A stretch of 64,000 bases of DNA from Vermamoeba vermiformis (GCA_045837725.1 JBEWZL010000266.1:372001-436000); one strand, 5' to 3'. Numbered from the stretch's first letter, positions 39,301 through 53,910 are shown. Notes: a model not told the origin generated them from the sequence alone. Made by a program: numbers and translations.

Positions 39301-39767
39301 GAGGCATAGTTCTTCGTTTCATATGAATTGTCGCCTATAATAGAACATATTAATAATGATTAATAAGCATTATTCGGTAAAAATTGAATAATCAATTGAA
39401 ATATCGAAAAGATTTTTCGGATCTTCTGTCTACGTCGGCAAAAATTTGTGAAATATTATGTACACATATTTTACTATTACTTCACGTTAAATTCGTTATT
39501 TTCAGAATTTTTGGTGCTTGTTGATAATTTTTACGATTTTTCTGAAATATTTTTGTGCTTACGTAGCTGATCAGCGTAGACCCGAAGATTCGCCATAAGA
39601 TCGCTCGGTTCTATAGTCCAAGGATCTACAGGTATTGCCCATAATTCACGCCAGAACTTGTTTTGCTGCTGCGGATTGAGTGCGTGGATCTTCTCCTTGC
39701 CGGTGAATGCCGCAAAGAACGGGTGGTGCTTTAATCTGTCTACAGCTTTTGATGTTCCTATGCCCAT
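36331..39767 (-). CDS. DYM: Dymeclin (multi-exon)
   Basis: Myristoylation-type start [93 protein letters not shown]. Confidence 0.9.
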
Positions 39768-39954
39768 TGTGGTAATATCAATAAAAGGTGCTTTTAGAGT
39801 GTTACTGAAAAGATCACTTTTTGGCGGTCGATTTTGCCGTTTTAAGGGTCGCAAACCTGCGCGACCCTTATTAATTTCATTTACGTTATAAGAAAGTAAC
39901 AACTCTTCATATTATTTACATGTAACGAAAAATAATCAATTCAACAACGATCTG

Positions 39955-42038
39955 ATGGCGTGGACATTGAGTTTGATACTGATTATTCTTTCAATCGTTC
40001 TCGTGACTTATTTGCACCGTGGAATTCAGAAACTAAGAAAAGGAGCGTTTGTTTATCCATCAGAAGCAGTTATAGATCAACTACTTCCTCCTGTAAGTCT
40101 TGTTCGGGTTCTATTTTTTTTTTTGCAATTAATATTTGGCGTTGCATAATACTATCTTAGAGAATACAAAGGCTAAACTATTCCGTAATTTTGGTTAATT
40201 TTCGTAATTTTTAAAAGAATTATTTTGGATGTCATAACAACTCTCACTCTATTCATTATAGGAAGTTATGGAGCAGATTTTTCTTCATTCGGATTATAAT
40301 TCCATAATGGCATGCTCTGTAGTGAGCAAATATTGGCACTATCACGCGTCTAAAGAGCACGTCCAAGAGCACGTTTTTCGTAACGAGTAAGAAACGCACT
40401 CTTTGTTTGCAAACGAATTAATACTCATTAATATATTCCTATAGTACTTCATTAAGTATTAACATTGACGAATTGAAAGAAGTTGTTACGAAGGGAGCAC
40501 CGTATAGATCTAACTTAGATGAAAATTTTATTCCTCTGGCTTATCCGGTAAATATATTTGGCCAATTTATTTATTTTTCAACTATTATATACTATAATTA
40601 GTTAACTAATTATTAGAGCACTTATCCACCAAAATTTCGACTTGCGGATCAGTATTTTGCCAAACGACTGAATTGTCAATTGATTGAAACCAGACTCAAC
40701 AGCGCTAGAACCATATGTCATACAATGAATATTAAGGCTGATAAATCAGACGACCAAATCTCCAAGTAAGTTATAATTACTACGAATAACGAAATTTAAA
40801 TTTTATTTTTTTTATTCTTCTTTAAGATCATTCTAGTTCAATTTGTTTTTTATTAATTCTCGGAATTTCAGGTACTTGGTAAAACTCCAATGTAAATTAC
40901 GATATGGCTGGACAAATTACTGGTCCCTCGAAGATATCGCCAGCAAACATTCGTTTTCACTGAACGATTCTCAAGTCCCTGACTGCAGCAAATACGAATT
41001 TACAGAGGGCTTGGAGTGCGATGTGATAATGGACTTGAAAGCTGTTTGGAATGAAGGCGGTGATTTTACGAAAGGTATTAGACGACTTCGTGTGTTGGAT
41101 AATAGACCACAAATTGCCGGTACGTGTACCAGACCTAAAAAATCCGGATGACGACATTTTCGCGGAAAAAATACGCTATTGTCGGTCCGTTCAAAGGAAC
41201 CAAAACAAGTTTTTTTTGCACGGGAAATTAACGGTCCGCGTGAACTTCACTTCTTTTCCGATCGCTTTTTTTTTTCTTTTTGATACTGCATATGTTATTA
41301 TCAATAGTAATATATGTAAGTATATGTCAATATTCGAATGCTAACGCTTTGCCAATGTGTACAGGATTTCCGTTCAGTTCGGTGCTGATTCACGTCATTA
41401 TTCTATTAATGGTGCCGTGTCTATTCGTGGATTATTCCAAGAGCACGGCAGACGAAGCCAAATTTTACGTCAAACTGCTGATAACACTAATCTTTGAATT
41501 CGGTGCAATTTTCCTCTCAATCTACGAACATTTACCGCACGCAGATAACACTCCATCTACAAAACGAAAACGTAGAATAGGAATAATAAGTGGAATAAGT
41601 ACTGTATTGATTGGAGCAGTATTTTATCGATGGAGTTTGGAGTTGGCAATTTACGTGGCAATGTTGGGCGGATCTGCAGTTTATTATTTGCTTTGGGAGC
41701 ACTTCGTATTCAAGAAATATCGTAACACGAAGTTGGTTGGATTTATAACGGTCTGTTTGGTCATATTAATGAACGATTGGAAGTTGACAGTGGATGCGTT
41801 CAAAAGCGGAGAAATTTTATGGACGTTTGTTTATAATATCGTCATGCATATGCAACTAGGCGTTATATTTACGCTACATAATGCATTAACGACAGTTTTC
41901 TATGATGGAGGTAGCAGAAGAGAATGGCAGGATTACTTGAAATGGCGTGCCGAGTACAAAGACATGTACTTGTACGGATTAATAGCACTTGCATTTATCA
42001 CACTTTATGCCCCTACGACTACTAGTAAGATATTTTAG
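39955..42038 (+). CDS. Membrane F-box protein: N-terminal TM helix, F-box, linker, about 7 C-terminal TM helices (6 exons)
   Basis: Splicing 40092/40262 joins DQLLPP to EVMEQIFLHSDYNSIMACSVVSKYW (F-box consensus LP.E...IF......C..VSK.W). All later exons stay in frame into the hydrophobic terminal exon 41365-42038. Confidence 0.7.
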
Positions 42039-42268
42039 ACCCTAAATAAACTACAACCGGTTCATTTAATGACAAACTATCCACGACGTATTGAACATCG
42101 TTAGTATAATTATTAATCTTCAATTTCAAAAATTAAAGCTTATCGATACCGATCTTTTCCTAGTATTGATGCATATTTAAAGCTAGCTTAAAATACACAA
42201 TGCTAATTTTAAGGACTGTACATTTATTTACAACGGAATCACTAGATCTACACTTATACTACATCTAA

Positions 42269-44744
42269 CTACTCGATTAAGGCATTAATTGACAAGCCAC
42301 CAATCCTATGCTGATTATTATTGTCGTTATTATTCATATTCAATAGTGCCAATGACTGCGAGTTCAGTTCTCGGTACGTTGCTAGTCGTGGATAAAAATA
42401 GGACCAAGAGATCATATCGTCCACATCACCACGTGAAATTTCGTGGAATAATAATCCTCGCACGATATTTGCCGTGTCGAATTTTGCCGCCTCTCGTTGA
42501 AACTGGATCCAATACAAAATTAATTAATTTTCAAGCCTAATAATTAGAGTGATTACGTACCATCAAAAATTCATCTGTGTATGTTCCAAATAGCATATAA
42601 AATTGTCCTACGATAACTAGCGGCGTGAGGACAAAATATGGATTGTCGTACATCGTCGGATCCAATTCCGACATCAGATCTAATAACATCCTAGCAACCT
42701 ATTTTTCATTCAATAAATTAATCAAATACTAGTATAGAGATAATAGTACTATTATAGTACTTTTGCATACTTTTTTTGCGTCGTCATCTTCCGCGACAAT
42801 AATATGCAGGACGATCCGTGTTGCAAATAATCGCAATAATAAAGTACGTTGAAATTCATTCGGTAATTTCCTAATTAAGCCTTCAGCGTAATTCAATAAC
42901 GTGTGCATTCGACGCAAATTGTTCGGCTGCGCAAAATTCGGATTAATCTCGTGAATGGCTTTGATAGCCCATAACAAGACCTACACCGTCATTAATATCA
43001 TTAATATAAATAATACGTAACACTTTTAATACTTAAATACGAAAAATTAACTATTAGTAAATTTCAAACGAGACTTACGCTATTTTCAATATGTACGCCG
43101 GTCCAAGACATAACATCGAAATCATTTCCAGGCATTGCCACGATTAGTTCTGACAACTCTTCCCTGTTCATTAAACAATTAATCTTCTGTCAATCAACTC
43201 ACAAAAATCAAATTAAATCGTATTGGCAATAATTTTGGAGCTCATAGTTCGGTAACTCCGAGTAAAAAAATTTATGTAACGGAATCTGACGGGAGATGTT
43301 ACGACACTTTGACACTCGGAGTTGCGTTGCGCGATATTCCACTTACGTATTTTCCTCGCAAATTGTCTTTTTTATGTTGCAGCATTTGGCGACGCGGGCG
43401 ACATCGATGACGTCAGATTGAACTTTAGATCGCTTCTTCAGCACGTTAGCTATGGCCAATGCTCGATGATTGTACGTTGCTTCTTTGTTGCTGTCTCCGA
43501 GTGATGCAAAGTGACCGGACAGGATCATGTAGGCTCCGCATAAATACGGATTTACTTCGTCGAAAGATTGCTGAAGAGATGCTCTAAAATAGTACATAAT
43601 GTTATTAATGAATATGATATTGATATGAGATGGCTGGCACGACGGATCTTGCTTGAAAACTTACTCGATGGATCTGACAAAATTGCTGGCATGCAGCTTA
43701 TCGCCCATAAGAAGCGCTCCGACTCCAAAAATAGTGCTCATTAATATACTTTTACTTCCATCTGCAAAATAGCGTCGTTAGCTCAAATTTCGCGATTCGA
43801 TCGCAAAAAGGAAGAAAAAATTAAGGTAGAAATAGCTGCATATAATTTGATTTAACATGATACTCTTAGTTTTGATATTTGGCATCATATTATAGTAATC
43901 TTACTCTTTGAATAGTAATCATTCACGTTTTGAAACGGAGGTGATACTTGAAGGTATGCAAATCCGTTTCTAAGATAGCCGTTGAGGAATGAATTCAGTG
44001 CATTTACATTGCCCATGTGTCCTCCAATAAGCAAGTCATTATGCTAAGTAAAAGTAAAACGTGAGTTGCGAGATCACGTAAAGTTTCAAAAAATCAATCT
44101 TAAAATACCTCCATCTTCGCTAATAAAATTTGGTACTCGCGCTGTAATAGACTAGTCCTTTCCTTGTGCTCGAGTATATTACTCTTCAATTCTTTAATCT
44201 TTTTCCGAAGCACCTGAGCTCGGCCTAAACAATTTACGAGATCAGATCTCGGTTGCTTTTCTATTCCAAATAAAGCTAAAGTATATTGAATGTGCGAAAT
44301 ATTTACCTGGTGCCGGTCCAGTTTGCCCTCGCATATCAGGATAAACGCATTCAATACTATTGGCAAAGCATCGGGAGCAAGGCCTGGATTTATCGCCTGT
44401 TATGCTTAATTAGCAAATTTCAATATTGATTAATTTTATAAAACTGCTTGAAGACTATATGATAAAATGAAAATCGAATAATCATTTGCCCATCGTAAAC
44501 AATCTACATTGTTTATGAGATTCAGAAACTGGGTCAGAATAATCTTCAAAAATGAGAATAAATATTGTCAATGTAATTACATATGATGGTCATAATTATT
44601 TAATATAATAAACCAAATTTTATAATTGCAATAATTCAAAATACGTCGATCGTAAATTGACTTACATTTTACTTTTTTTACTCGACACGGTAAGCATGCG
44701 AGTTTCGCATTAAGGTTATTCACTTCATTAGTGTTAACCTCCAT
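42269..44744 (-). CDS. Zn(II)2Cys6 binuclear-cluster transcription factor (multi-exon)
   Basis: Splicing gives ACLPCRVKKVKCDKSRPCSRCFANSIECVYP (Cx2Cx6Cx5Cx2Cx6C), followed by a coiled coil (LRKKIKELKSNILEHKERTSLLQREY) and a helical C-terminal region. Confidence 0.85.
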
Positions 44745-45008
44745 CGCATGTATGCACCTGTTTACCTCTTCACGACCGCAAGAAAATTTTGTGTCACAAA
44801 TCGGCCTAATTTTTCTACAGAGAAAAAATCACGATATTTCTCGCTCTCCCTTGTTGATCATTTAAGCTAGATCAAAGAGCGTAAAGCACAGCTCGCTGAA
44901 TTAGACTAAGTCTTGCATTCACAACGTAAGTCGAGTGGATTTACAACCCAGCGCTTGATCAATAGGGTGTGACATGGGTTAACGTTAGTATTTATTTGCT
45001 AGGTGTCC

Positions 45009-46115
45009 ATGGGTAGAGAAGGTAATTACTACGAGTTGGTAATCGAGCAAGCACGAACGGCTGAAGATCTGCGTCAGATGGTAAAGACTTTCACAATAAT
45101 TACCTTTAATTTGTTTATATTAATTTATTATATTAATTTGGCAATATAATAAGCTTGTGTCGATCGATACGCACAGATATTTGTTGATATTTTTATTTTT
45201 CTCGACTTTTTCTTGACGTTAGTAAATTTCAGATGCACATCTCTGCGCAATGTCATGGTGACGACAATTGGTCCCTGGAAACATTTCACCAACAAATGTA
45301 CGGAAGTTCATCTTGTGGAGGAATTTACGCTCGTGTTAAGGTAAATCCGTCCAAAGCAGTTTCTAACGCGATCCACGCATTTCCTTAGCGTATAGCATGG
45401 TGCTAAATGATCTATATTTATTATAGGATGGAGACTACGCAGGAATTTTAGTATGGACGGTTTATCCAGAGAGAGGACTGGTCGACATTACAAATGTCGG
45501 TGTTTCTCCTGCTTATCGACAACTGGTATGTAATCGTAGAGTAAATATGTCGTAATTAATATAAGTGATAGTATTTTATCAAATGTAATGAATTTTTACC
45601 GACTCAAAGGCAGATGCTTCGATCCGAAAAAGTTGTTGCTAATTTTAAGTCTGTTCAATTAGGGAATCGCCAAGTTGCTATTCGAAGTATTTATGAATAC
45701 ACTACATCAACGAAATATAGTCTCTAAAGCGACATTACACGTCGCTGTTTCGAATTTTCCTGCGATGGCTTTGTACACGAAGTTTGGATTCGAAATACGA
45801 GAAGAAATTCCAGGATATTATAGCCCTGGAGACGCGTATATGATGCGGGCGTATATAACCAATACCTGGCCTTATTCAAGCGAAGTTATGGAAGAAAAAA
45901 TAGCGGATTCGTTTTCACTCAAAAATTTGGCGCAATCTCTGAACGAAATTGAGCAAGAAGATAATGCTATGAAAATAGAATATCAAAGCATTAAGTATCC
46001 TGATGACGCTTTGGTTGAAAAGCGAGAAGTAGAGTTTGATCAGCAAGAAGAAATTTTAAGCGATCCGTTGCTGAAGATCAAACCGATCACTTTTCGCCTT
46101 CAATGGGCAAAATAG
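45009..46115 (+). CDS. GNAT acetyltransferase, RimI/NAT-like (4 coding exons)
   Basis: ITNVGVSPAYRQLGIAKLL (acetyl-CoA motif A); LHVAVSNFPAMALYTKFGF..IPGYYS.GDAYMM. Confidence 0.85.
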
Positions 46116-46243
46116 ATTATAATGTATCATATAATAATTTTTATTGTAAAATTGGATGTAGATAGGATTTTTGTACATAAAAACTTTCGCTTTTGGATTT
46201 CAATAGGCAAATCGTTGTTGGAATTGCAGAACACAAAACAACG

Positions 46244-48225
46244 ATGGAAGAACTGCATTTATTCTCATTACCTAAAGAATTATTAGCTATTATATATAAC
46301 CTAGTAGGAGCTGAAAATTTGCTAAAGTAAGTTGGAATTCTGCATCTGCCTTACCAAAATTTAATTTTTTGTGGCGCATTAATTATTCGAAAATTATGAA
46401 TGTATTAAAGACAAATTCACTGATTATTTTGCGTTAAAATTCGAGAGCAATTAAAAATTAAATTATTTAATATCAATAGGACCGAATCTACAAGCAAACT
46501 ATGGCAAAAGCTGTCCTGGGACTCTTTACATGCTATAGACATTGGACCAAAAAAGAAAGCGACATTAAGCGACGAAGACTTATTGCAGGTATTGAACAAA
46601 GTAAATCCGCAAAAAATTCGCAAGATCAACTTGACTGGCGAGAAGAAAATTACAACGAGTTTAATGCACCTCGATAAATTCAACAATATACAAGCATTTT
46701 CGTGCCGATCTTTGAAAGGCTCAGTGATACGGTCGGTAGCTTTGCTATTGACATCCGTAAAAAAGCTGGATCTGAGCTCGCGAAAACTAAATGATGAATG
46801 CATCACTCTATTTGCCCAGAATATGCCACATCTAACCAAGTTGTTATTAAGCAATTCTTCAGAGCTCCAAGGTAATCTACAAAACATTGCATTATTTTCC
46901 TCGTACATTTTTTCGTTCTTTAAATTCTTTTTCCACCAAGATCGACCTAATTATATAACTATAGTATCATATATATATAATTTTGATTATCACGTTCGGT
47001 TGTGTTTTGGTTGACCTAACAGAATTTTCTTCTTCAGATTTGCCGGATCTGACACGCTTGACGAAACTAGAAACGCTCAATTTAGCGTTCAGTGAAAAAA
47101 TCACCAACCAAGGAATGGCTCAAGTATGCCTAATGACGCATTTACGACGACTTGACATTTGTTGGCTGAAAAATATCGACGGTCCTGGCTTCGAAAAAAT
47201 CTCAAAATTGACAAATTTGATTCATTTGGACATTTCAAACATTGCAGGAGTGTTAGATACGTATTTGACAGCATTACTGGCCTTGACGAATTTGGAATTG
47301 TTGGATCTCAGCTATTACAAACTTTTGTCCGATTTTGGCTTGTCTATAATAGGCCAATTAACGAATATGACTAGATTAATATTCGTCGATAATAGAAAAG
47401 TTACAGGCGATGGATTGAATTATTTGACAAATTTGACCAAATTGAACATGCTGTCACTTAGTTCAATGCCAAATGTCATCAACGATCATTATTTCAGTGA
47501 ATTATACAACTTGACACTTTTGCGTGTCAAAATGGAAGAAAAGAATTTCAGCGTGTTGACCAACTTGACCAAAATGCAAGAACTGTCTATTGCAGCCCTC
47601 TCTGATATCAACGAAGAATTTTTCAGCTATGTCTCTGTAATGACTGGCTTGCAGTCTTTATCCCTTCGTGCGACACGATGCAGCGTCGTTGTTGACACTT
47701 TGACATGTTGCACCAACTTGACGTGTCTAGAGCTCGATGATTGCATGAGTTTCACTGCCCCTGGAAACCCTTTGGATATTGGTACGTACCTTAATCATAT
47801 ACAATAGTAACTTATTTTATGCCTTTATGTTAAAACTTTTGTTCATAACTGATGTTAGTAACCCTTTTGCTACGCGAATGAAACTAATAATCTATTTGAA
47901 TGCAGATATTATCGATCGACTGTTGAAATTGACGACATTACAACAATTGCAATTGCGATTCGGCAAAGATTTCAACCGCCTAGCAGAGCTTACAAATTTG
48001 GAAATACTCGTCCTGGAAGTACCAGCATCGTCTACAGTACGAAAAGATGACTTTACGCAGCTGTTAACTTTGCCGAAATTGGCCTCGCTGCACTTGACTG
48101 CACCAATTCCAAGCGCAGAATTGAAAGAAGTGTTTGACCAGCACCGTCAATTGACCAATTTAATGGTCGAAACCAATCAGAGTGAGGCTGAAGATATTAA
48201 CATTTCAAGCGAAGACTTGTTTTAA
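46244..48225 (+). CDS. F-box / leucine-rich repeat protein
   Basis: N-terminal LFSLPKELLAIIYNLV..SKLW (F-box), then many LxxLTNLxxLDLS repeats. Confidence 0.85.
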
Positions 48226-48469
48226 CCTGCGGAAATAAATGCGTACTTATCCCACGTCTTCAGTAATTATAATACGTAATTTTATTTACGGATCAAAACA
48301 TTAGCACTGCATCCAGTTTTTTTTCTTCAAAATAGGATTATTCCTAACGACGTTGTTATAATTGAATTTTATATTACAACGATTATATCAGTGGCTAATA
48401 AATACAGTTTTAAGTCCACTGACTGTTCTTTACAAAAAAAATATTCAGGAATATTTATCGTTAATATTC

Positions 48470-50522
48470 TTATTGTATCTTATCGCCCTCAGGTGTCTTG
48501 TTATTATTTTCATATGCCTCTTCTATGGCGATAGACAACGGAACACGATACAGATCCGCAGTCGATTGCTCGTTGTTAGGCCACTCGACCACGATCGTGC
48601 TTTTCATGTCCCACGGTTCAATGCGGTTTTGAGCTTGAAGTTGTTGCAAGTCTTCAGCGCTGTATATTTGATATCGATCTAGCAAGGCCTGCAAGTTCAT
48701 CAAGGGTCTCAACGCGTTGTCGATTTCTCCTTGTGGATTCTGGTCGATCGACAAGAAAATTCGTTCTCTAGGGCGCAGTAATATGCACAACGCCAAGATC
48801 ATGCCCAATGAGATGAACTCGTTGTTGATAGTATTGATCCATGGCCAAGAGAACAAAAGTATGATCCGGAGCGAGTTGACCAACAAGATGCCGCCAACAT
48901 AAACCATAACAATCATGCGTAGATACTTGAATAGGCGTGCTTTAGCCTCGATATTAGGAGTAATTTCAAGGTTCAAGCGCGCGTTTTCGATGAGCCAAAG
49001 TTGGTTTTCCAACGATCGCAGATTCTGAGTCAAACTGGTGAAGATGCGAGGCAGCATGAAGAAGTACATGATAAGCAAGCTCAAGTAATAATATTCCTCG
49101 CTGTAGAACGTAAAGAATATTAATGTTGATAAGAGCAAGCCAAAAGCCATCGCAACGGATTTGACTTCTTCGCTAGAAAGAGTAGGTCGCGTGATGCGCC
49201 ATCCCTGTTATTAAAAATACGTTAATACATCTATATGATATGTACATAGCGATAATATGTCGATAATCAGGTGAGCAGCACGTCTATTAAGCAGATCTCG
49301 CGAGCCTATGGCGCGATGTGGATCTGGCTTAGCCGATCGTACTCAATATCAAATTTGATCTATTTTCATAGTACCAAGCATCTTTATGCTCGCTCATACC
49401 AAAAGATTCGTATAAGACATACCTTAGCGATGAGTAACAGCACACAAAAGAAGCTGGTTTCTGCGATCGCGTACAAGAAGCGTGTAGCGTTGTCCAAGGT
49501 GAGTATTCTAAAGCCACTAACGCTGAATATGTCCCAGTAGATGTATGAGACGATAACAACTGGTTTAAAGAATTGAATTAGTTCCTGAAAATGGTTTGGG
49601 ATCCGCTTCCGCAAATGACCGAAAACAAATAATTACCGCGAATAAAATAGGAAATATTAATAATATATTATGGATCCAAAATAAGATTCGCAGAGTGGGC
49701 TGGGCGAATTTTCCAGTGCATCTGACCGAATTTCGGAATAACAAATAATTACCTGCAAGCTTGACCGTAACCAAAGCAAATAATAAATAATGAATTTGAG
49801 TTGTTTTTCTTCGTCTTGTAATAATCGTCAGTGTCATCCATATCGCTAAGAGGGCTCCCCAAATAATTGTCAAAGCCTGAAAATTACAAAAACGGAATTA
49901 ATGACTAATATTCATAGCATCATAATAAATACGCATCATAGTAATTTTAGCGCGATAATAATATTTACAAGATTAAATTGAACAAAAATAATTAGTCATA
50001 ATTAGATTTCAAATTGAATAAGTATTTTACCTCGTATAATTTAGGTAACGGTGCTGATCCTAATGGCAATTCATCATCATATGGATTTAATAACGTGTAG
50101 TCAATCTCCACATCAAACGTTTGAAGCGGTCCAAAATCTCGATGCTGGTCACAATTGAAAAACGAGAATCTGTATGAGTCTCGCTTGGATATTTCTAATA
50201 AATGTCTATTATCGTCTAATGGTATTCTATGGCAGCCCAGCAAATCAAGCATGCTGAACTCGCAGAACTTCTCCGGATTCGGGTCATTTGCTAGAGCCAG
50301 GAAGTCCTTGTTTGGGCATATAATGATAGTAATGCGTGGTGAAGTGGGTCTAGCACTAGCTGTTATATTAACTGTTGCTCCTGCATCGAGGCCATAAGAC
50401 GTCTCGAAGGATTTGAGTCGCCGATTCGTCCAAAAAGAAGTATGCTGTCGAAGACCTTCGCAGGACTGTATTATATATACAAGTGCCACTAATAATAACA
50501 CTGCACGTCGAATATTATACAT
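48470..50522 (-). CDS. GPR107/GPR108/TMEM87-like (GOST / lung 7TM) protein
   Basis: Signal peptide, lumenal domain with YRFSFFNC and LLNPYDDELPLGSAPLPKLY, IHYLLFALV, LLLIAKGWRITRPTL, seven TM segments and LLRP. Confidence 0.8.
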
Positions 50523-50848
50523 TATAATTGAGCTCTTTGTGCTGTTGTGGCGTTCATTATGTAAATCTGGAGTAAAATGCAAACAGCGGAGAGTGATTTC
50601 TAACCCGTCCTCAGATACATCGTATGACCGCATACATTACGGTATAAGTAACCACGTAATACCCATTTTAGATGTACTAAGCCGTTATCAAGCTTTCTTT
50701 GACTGACGGTCATTCAATTGCAAAAACGTTGTGATCTAATTTTTTTACCTACGACCGCAATAGAGAACAATATCTGAATTATAAATTGTACTCGCGTTAA
50801 GGTGTTAATTGGCGAGGTCATATTCGATATTATCCGCTGTTTACACAA

Positions 50849-53800
50849 ATGACTGATCGGTTGGTAAGTCCATCTGCGTGTTGAAAACTCCAAATTTAAA
50901 ATTACCCCTCTGGTTATTTTTTCTTTAATTAATATACAATAATTTACTAAATGCCACGTGTAATCTCGCGCTCATTAATGATTTAATTAAAATTCTGTAT
51001 TCTCGCTAACGTTGCTTGAATATTAGAAAGTTCAGTCGTTGCTTAATTCAGGCAAAGAATGGATGCTCTCGGTAAGCTTAATTATCAATTTCGAATATGA
51101 TACCTCTGTGACACAACGAAAATTTATTTGAAAATTAGATCAGCTCACAATAATCTAAATAACTACTCTAACTATGATAGAAAATAGCACGAGATATTCC
51201 AATAAAATATAATCATAATAATTGTCATTTTATTGCAGATTTTTTCTGAATTTCGTACGGATGCTTTGTCGTTTCAGTTATTAATAGGCATATTTATGAA
51301 TTATAGGGCAATTTACGAGAGGCAGAGCAAAGTTATACAGATGCATTGGCTTATGGACCTGAATTCCCGCTCACCTATTTACTGAGGTACGCTGCGGATC
51401 CACCACTTTGAGCCATTATTTTAGGCTTAGCAATGACCTACTATACGAAACGATGATAGAAAAAGTCACTAACGGCGGCTATAATACATATAGAGCAGCG
51501 GTATATTCGAAACTAAACAACCAACAAATGAGCAATGACGATTTGATGAAGTACGCGAGCTATAAAAATGATTGGGTCAAGGTAAATTAATCGCTCTAAA
51601 TAGCCTATTATAGCAATACACAATATAAATATTATCCATAATATTAGCATTTGTTGCGGAAAGATTAGTTCTAGCAAACGAGGCACTTGTGACACGTGCA
51701 TATTTAGCCTTAACTTTAATTTGATTCGTTCACCTTTATCTTATTATTTATAATTAATATAACTACTAATATAAATGATTTCCCGATAATATGAGCATTT
51801 GTACGATAATTTTTATGCACGAGGAAAAGCAATCATTTTTTGATTCGAGGGTCCCAGCACAGCAATGCTATTAGCAAATTAATCCTTATTCTTATTAGAT
51901 CAAGCCGATCATCTCGGGTTATTTGCGCAAAGAAGCACCGAACAAAATGACCGGCACAGCGAAGAAAAGATATTTCTTTTTGAAGAACAGATTCATGTTT
52001 TATTACAAACAGCCATTCGTAAGTACTTAAGAATCATATACATTATTCCTATATTTTTAGAATTAAGGACGATGAAATCACATTTGCAAAAAGGTCCTTC
52101 TAGAAAATTCGAGATGTTTTTGTCCGGATGTCTTCAGAAAATGATTAATGAACCGAGACATTTGCATTAATCGGTCAATTATTGAATTAATATATCAATA
52201 TTAGTCGATATTAGCTCAAATATGAGCATTGCAAATGCAACTGTGGCAATTTTTGTTAACTTTAATTTTTTGTATTTGACAGGATCCGGAGCCTATTTCG
52301 ATCGTGTATTTGGGAGATTTCAAAGTGACAGCATTAGACCCACGCCGCAAAGAATTCAAAATAGAACTCCCGCACCGCGTTTTTGCACTTGAAGCGGATA
52401 CACCTGAAGACAAGACGGATTGGGTCAATGCATTGAATGCGGCCAACAAGACTGAAGCTTTTATGATCGATGTGTTGAATGACAGCACTTCGTTCAACCC
52501 GAAAGAGGTACGTTAATATTAATACTAATACGTGTACTATTCTACTATACACACGACAGCTAATCTTTTCGGTCAGATCCAATTTAGAATTTTTATCGAT
52601 TTTACGAAATTATTTTGTACCATTAATATTCATATTTTCATGAAATTATGTTAGTACGAGAATTATCGTAAATAATACTAGTCTAGAAGTCGACTGTTTT
52701 CGATCATTATTTTTTAATTGAACTGTAGCAATATTAACGTTCATTTTGTAACGATAGAAAGAAGTAATTAAAGAAGGGTTCCTATTCAAGCGCGGTCAAC
52801 ACAACAAATCGTGGAAACAGCGCTGGTTCAAATTGCAAGGACATTTCTTGTTTTATTCGGCTGCCAAAGCCGACGAGCCCTTAGGCCTGATTGATTTGCA
52901 AGCTGTACGCCGATGTGCTGCGCATGATGAAGCTGAAGGCACGAACATGTATCAGTTCTCGTTGGAGACTCCTAATCGCGTGTTCTTTATTTACGCTGAA
53001 GATCGAGGCGTACGAAACGAGTGGATGCAGGTCATTCAAAACATATTGGGCAGCGAAAACTTTGGTAAGTTTAATATATATGAGTCATCTCTATTATAAT
53101 CGATATACTATTACGCAATTGCATCCAGATCAGTTAAATTTTTTTCGCAAGGATCTGGATGCGCCGCACAATTTCAGCTTCAGTCATTTATTTAGCACTT
53201 TTATTTATATATGGATTTTATTAATATTCTATGGTTTTTAGTTCGTAAGTCAGCGCCCAACTCACGAGGCAACAGTGTACAACTAGGTCGCGCAAGAACT
53301 TCAATTCCCCCGACACCACTCACACCTGCTATTGGTGAGACTGACAGCAATGAAGAGTTGAAATATTCCAAGAAAATTTCTGGCTTCCATAGAAGTAAGT
53401 AACTCCATCGCATTACGCAATCTGATCGACCTTTACTCTTGCCTTATTTGGCAATTCAAACAATCGTAATGAGGAACTATAGTTGCATATAATATTAATA
53501 TAGTTACTAATGTATATATTTTGCAGCTGACAGTCCCGCTGATTCTACGGTTGAAGTTACAAAACTTGAGCCAGTGTCGTCAAAACGAAGAGACGAAACT
53601 GAAAAAGAAATTGAACGAAGGAGAAATGAGGTTAGTACCTTATAATGGCATAATATACAAAACTTAAATATATTTCATTTAATATAACGAAAATTAGCAT
53701 GCACGATGATCTGGATCGAGTTAATTTTGAAATGAGTACTAATTGTAATTCTATTAATAGGAAGCTATTCGAAAGAACAAGCTAAAAGCCAAGGTTAAAA

Positions 53801-53910
53801 AAGATGAATTAAAAGAGCCGTTCTTATTGGAAGACGATGAAAGTGTTGGCGAGCCAAAACAAGAAGGATTCTTTGCTCGAATATTTGGATGTTGTAGACC
53901 AAAGAATTAG
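50849..53910 (+). CDS. TPR + tandem PH-domain protein (multi-exon)
   Basis: TPR-like GNLREAEQSYTDALAYGPE..RAAVY; PH1 SGYLRK..KKRYFFL..RVFALEADTPEDKTDWVNAL; PH2 KEGFLFKRGQHNKSWKQRWFKL..EWMQVI; C-terminal FGCCRPKN. Confidence 0.8.
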
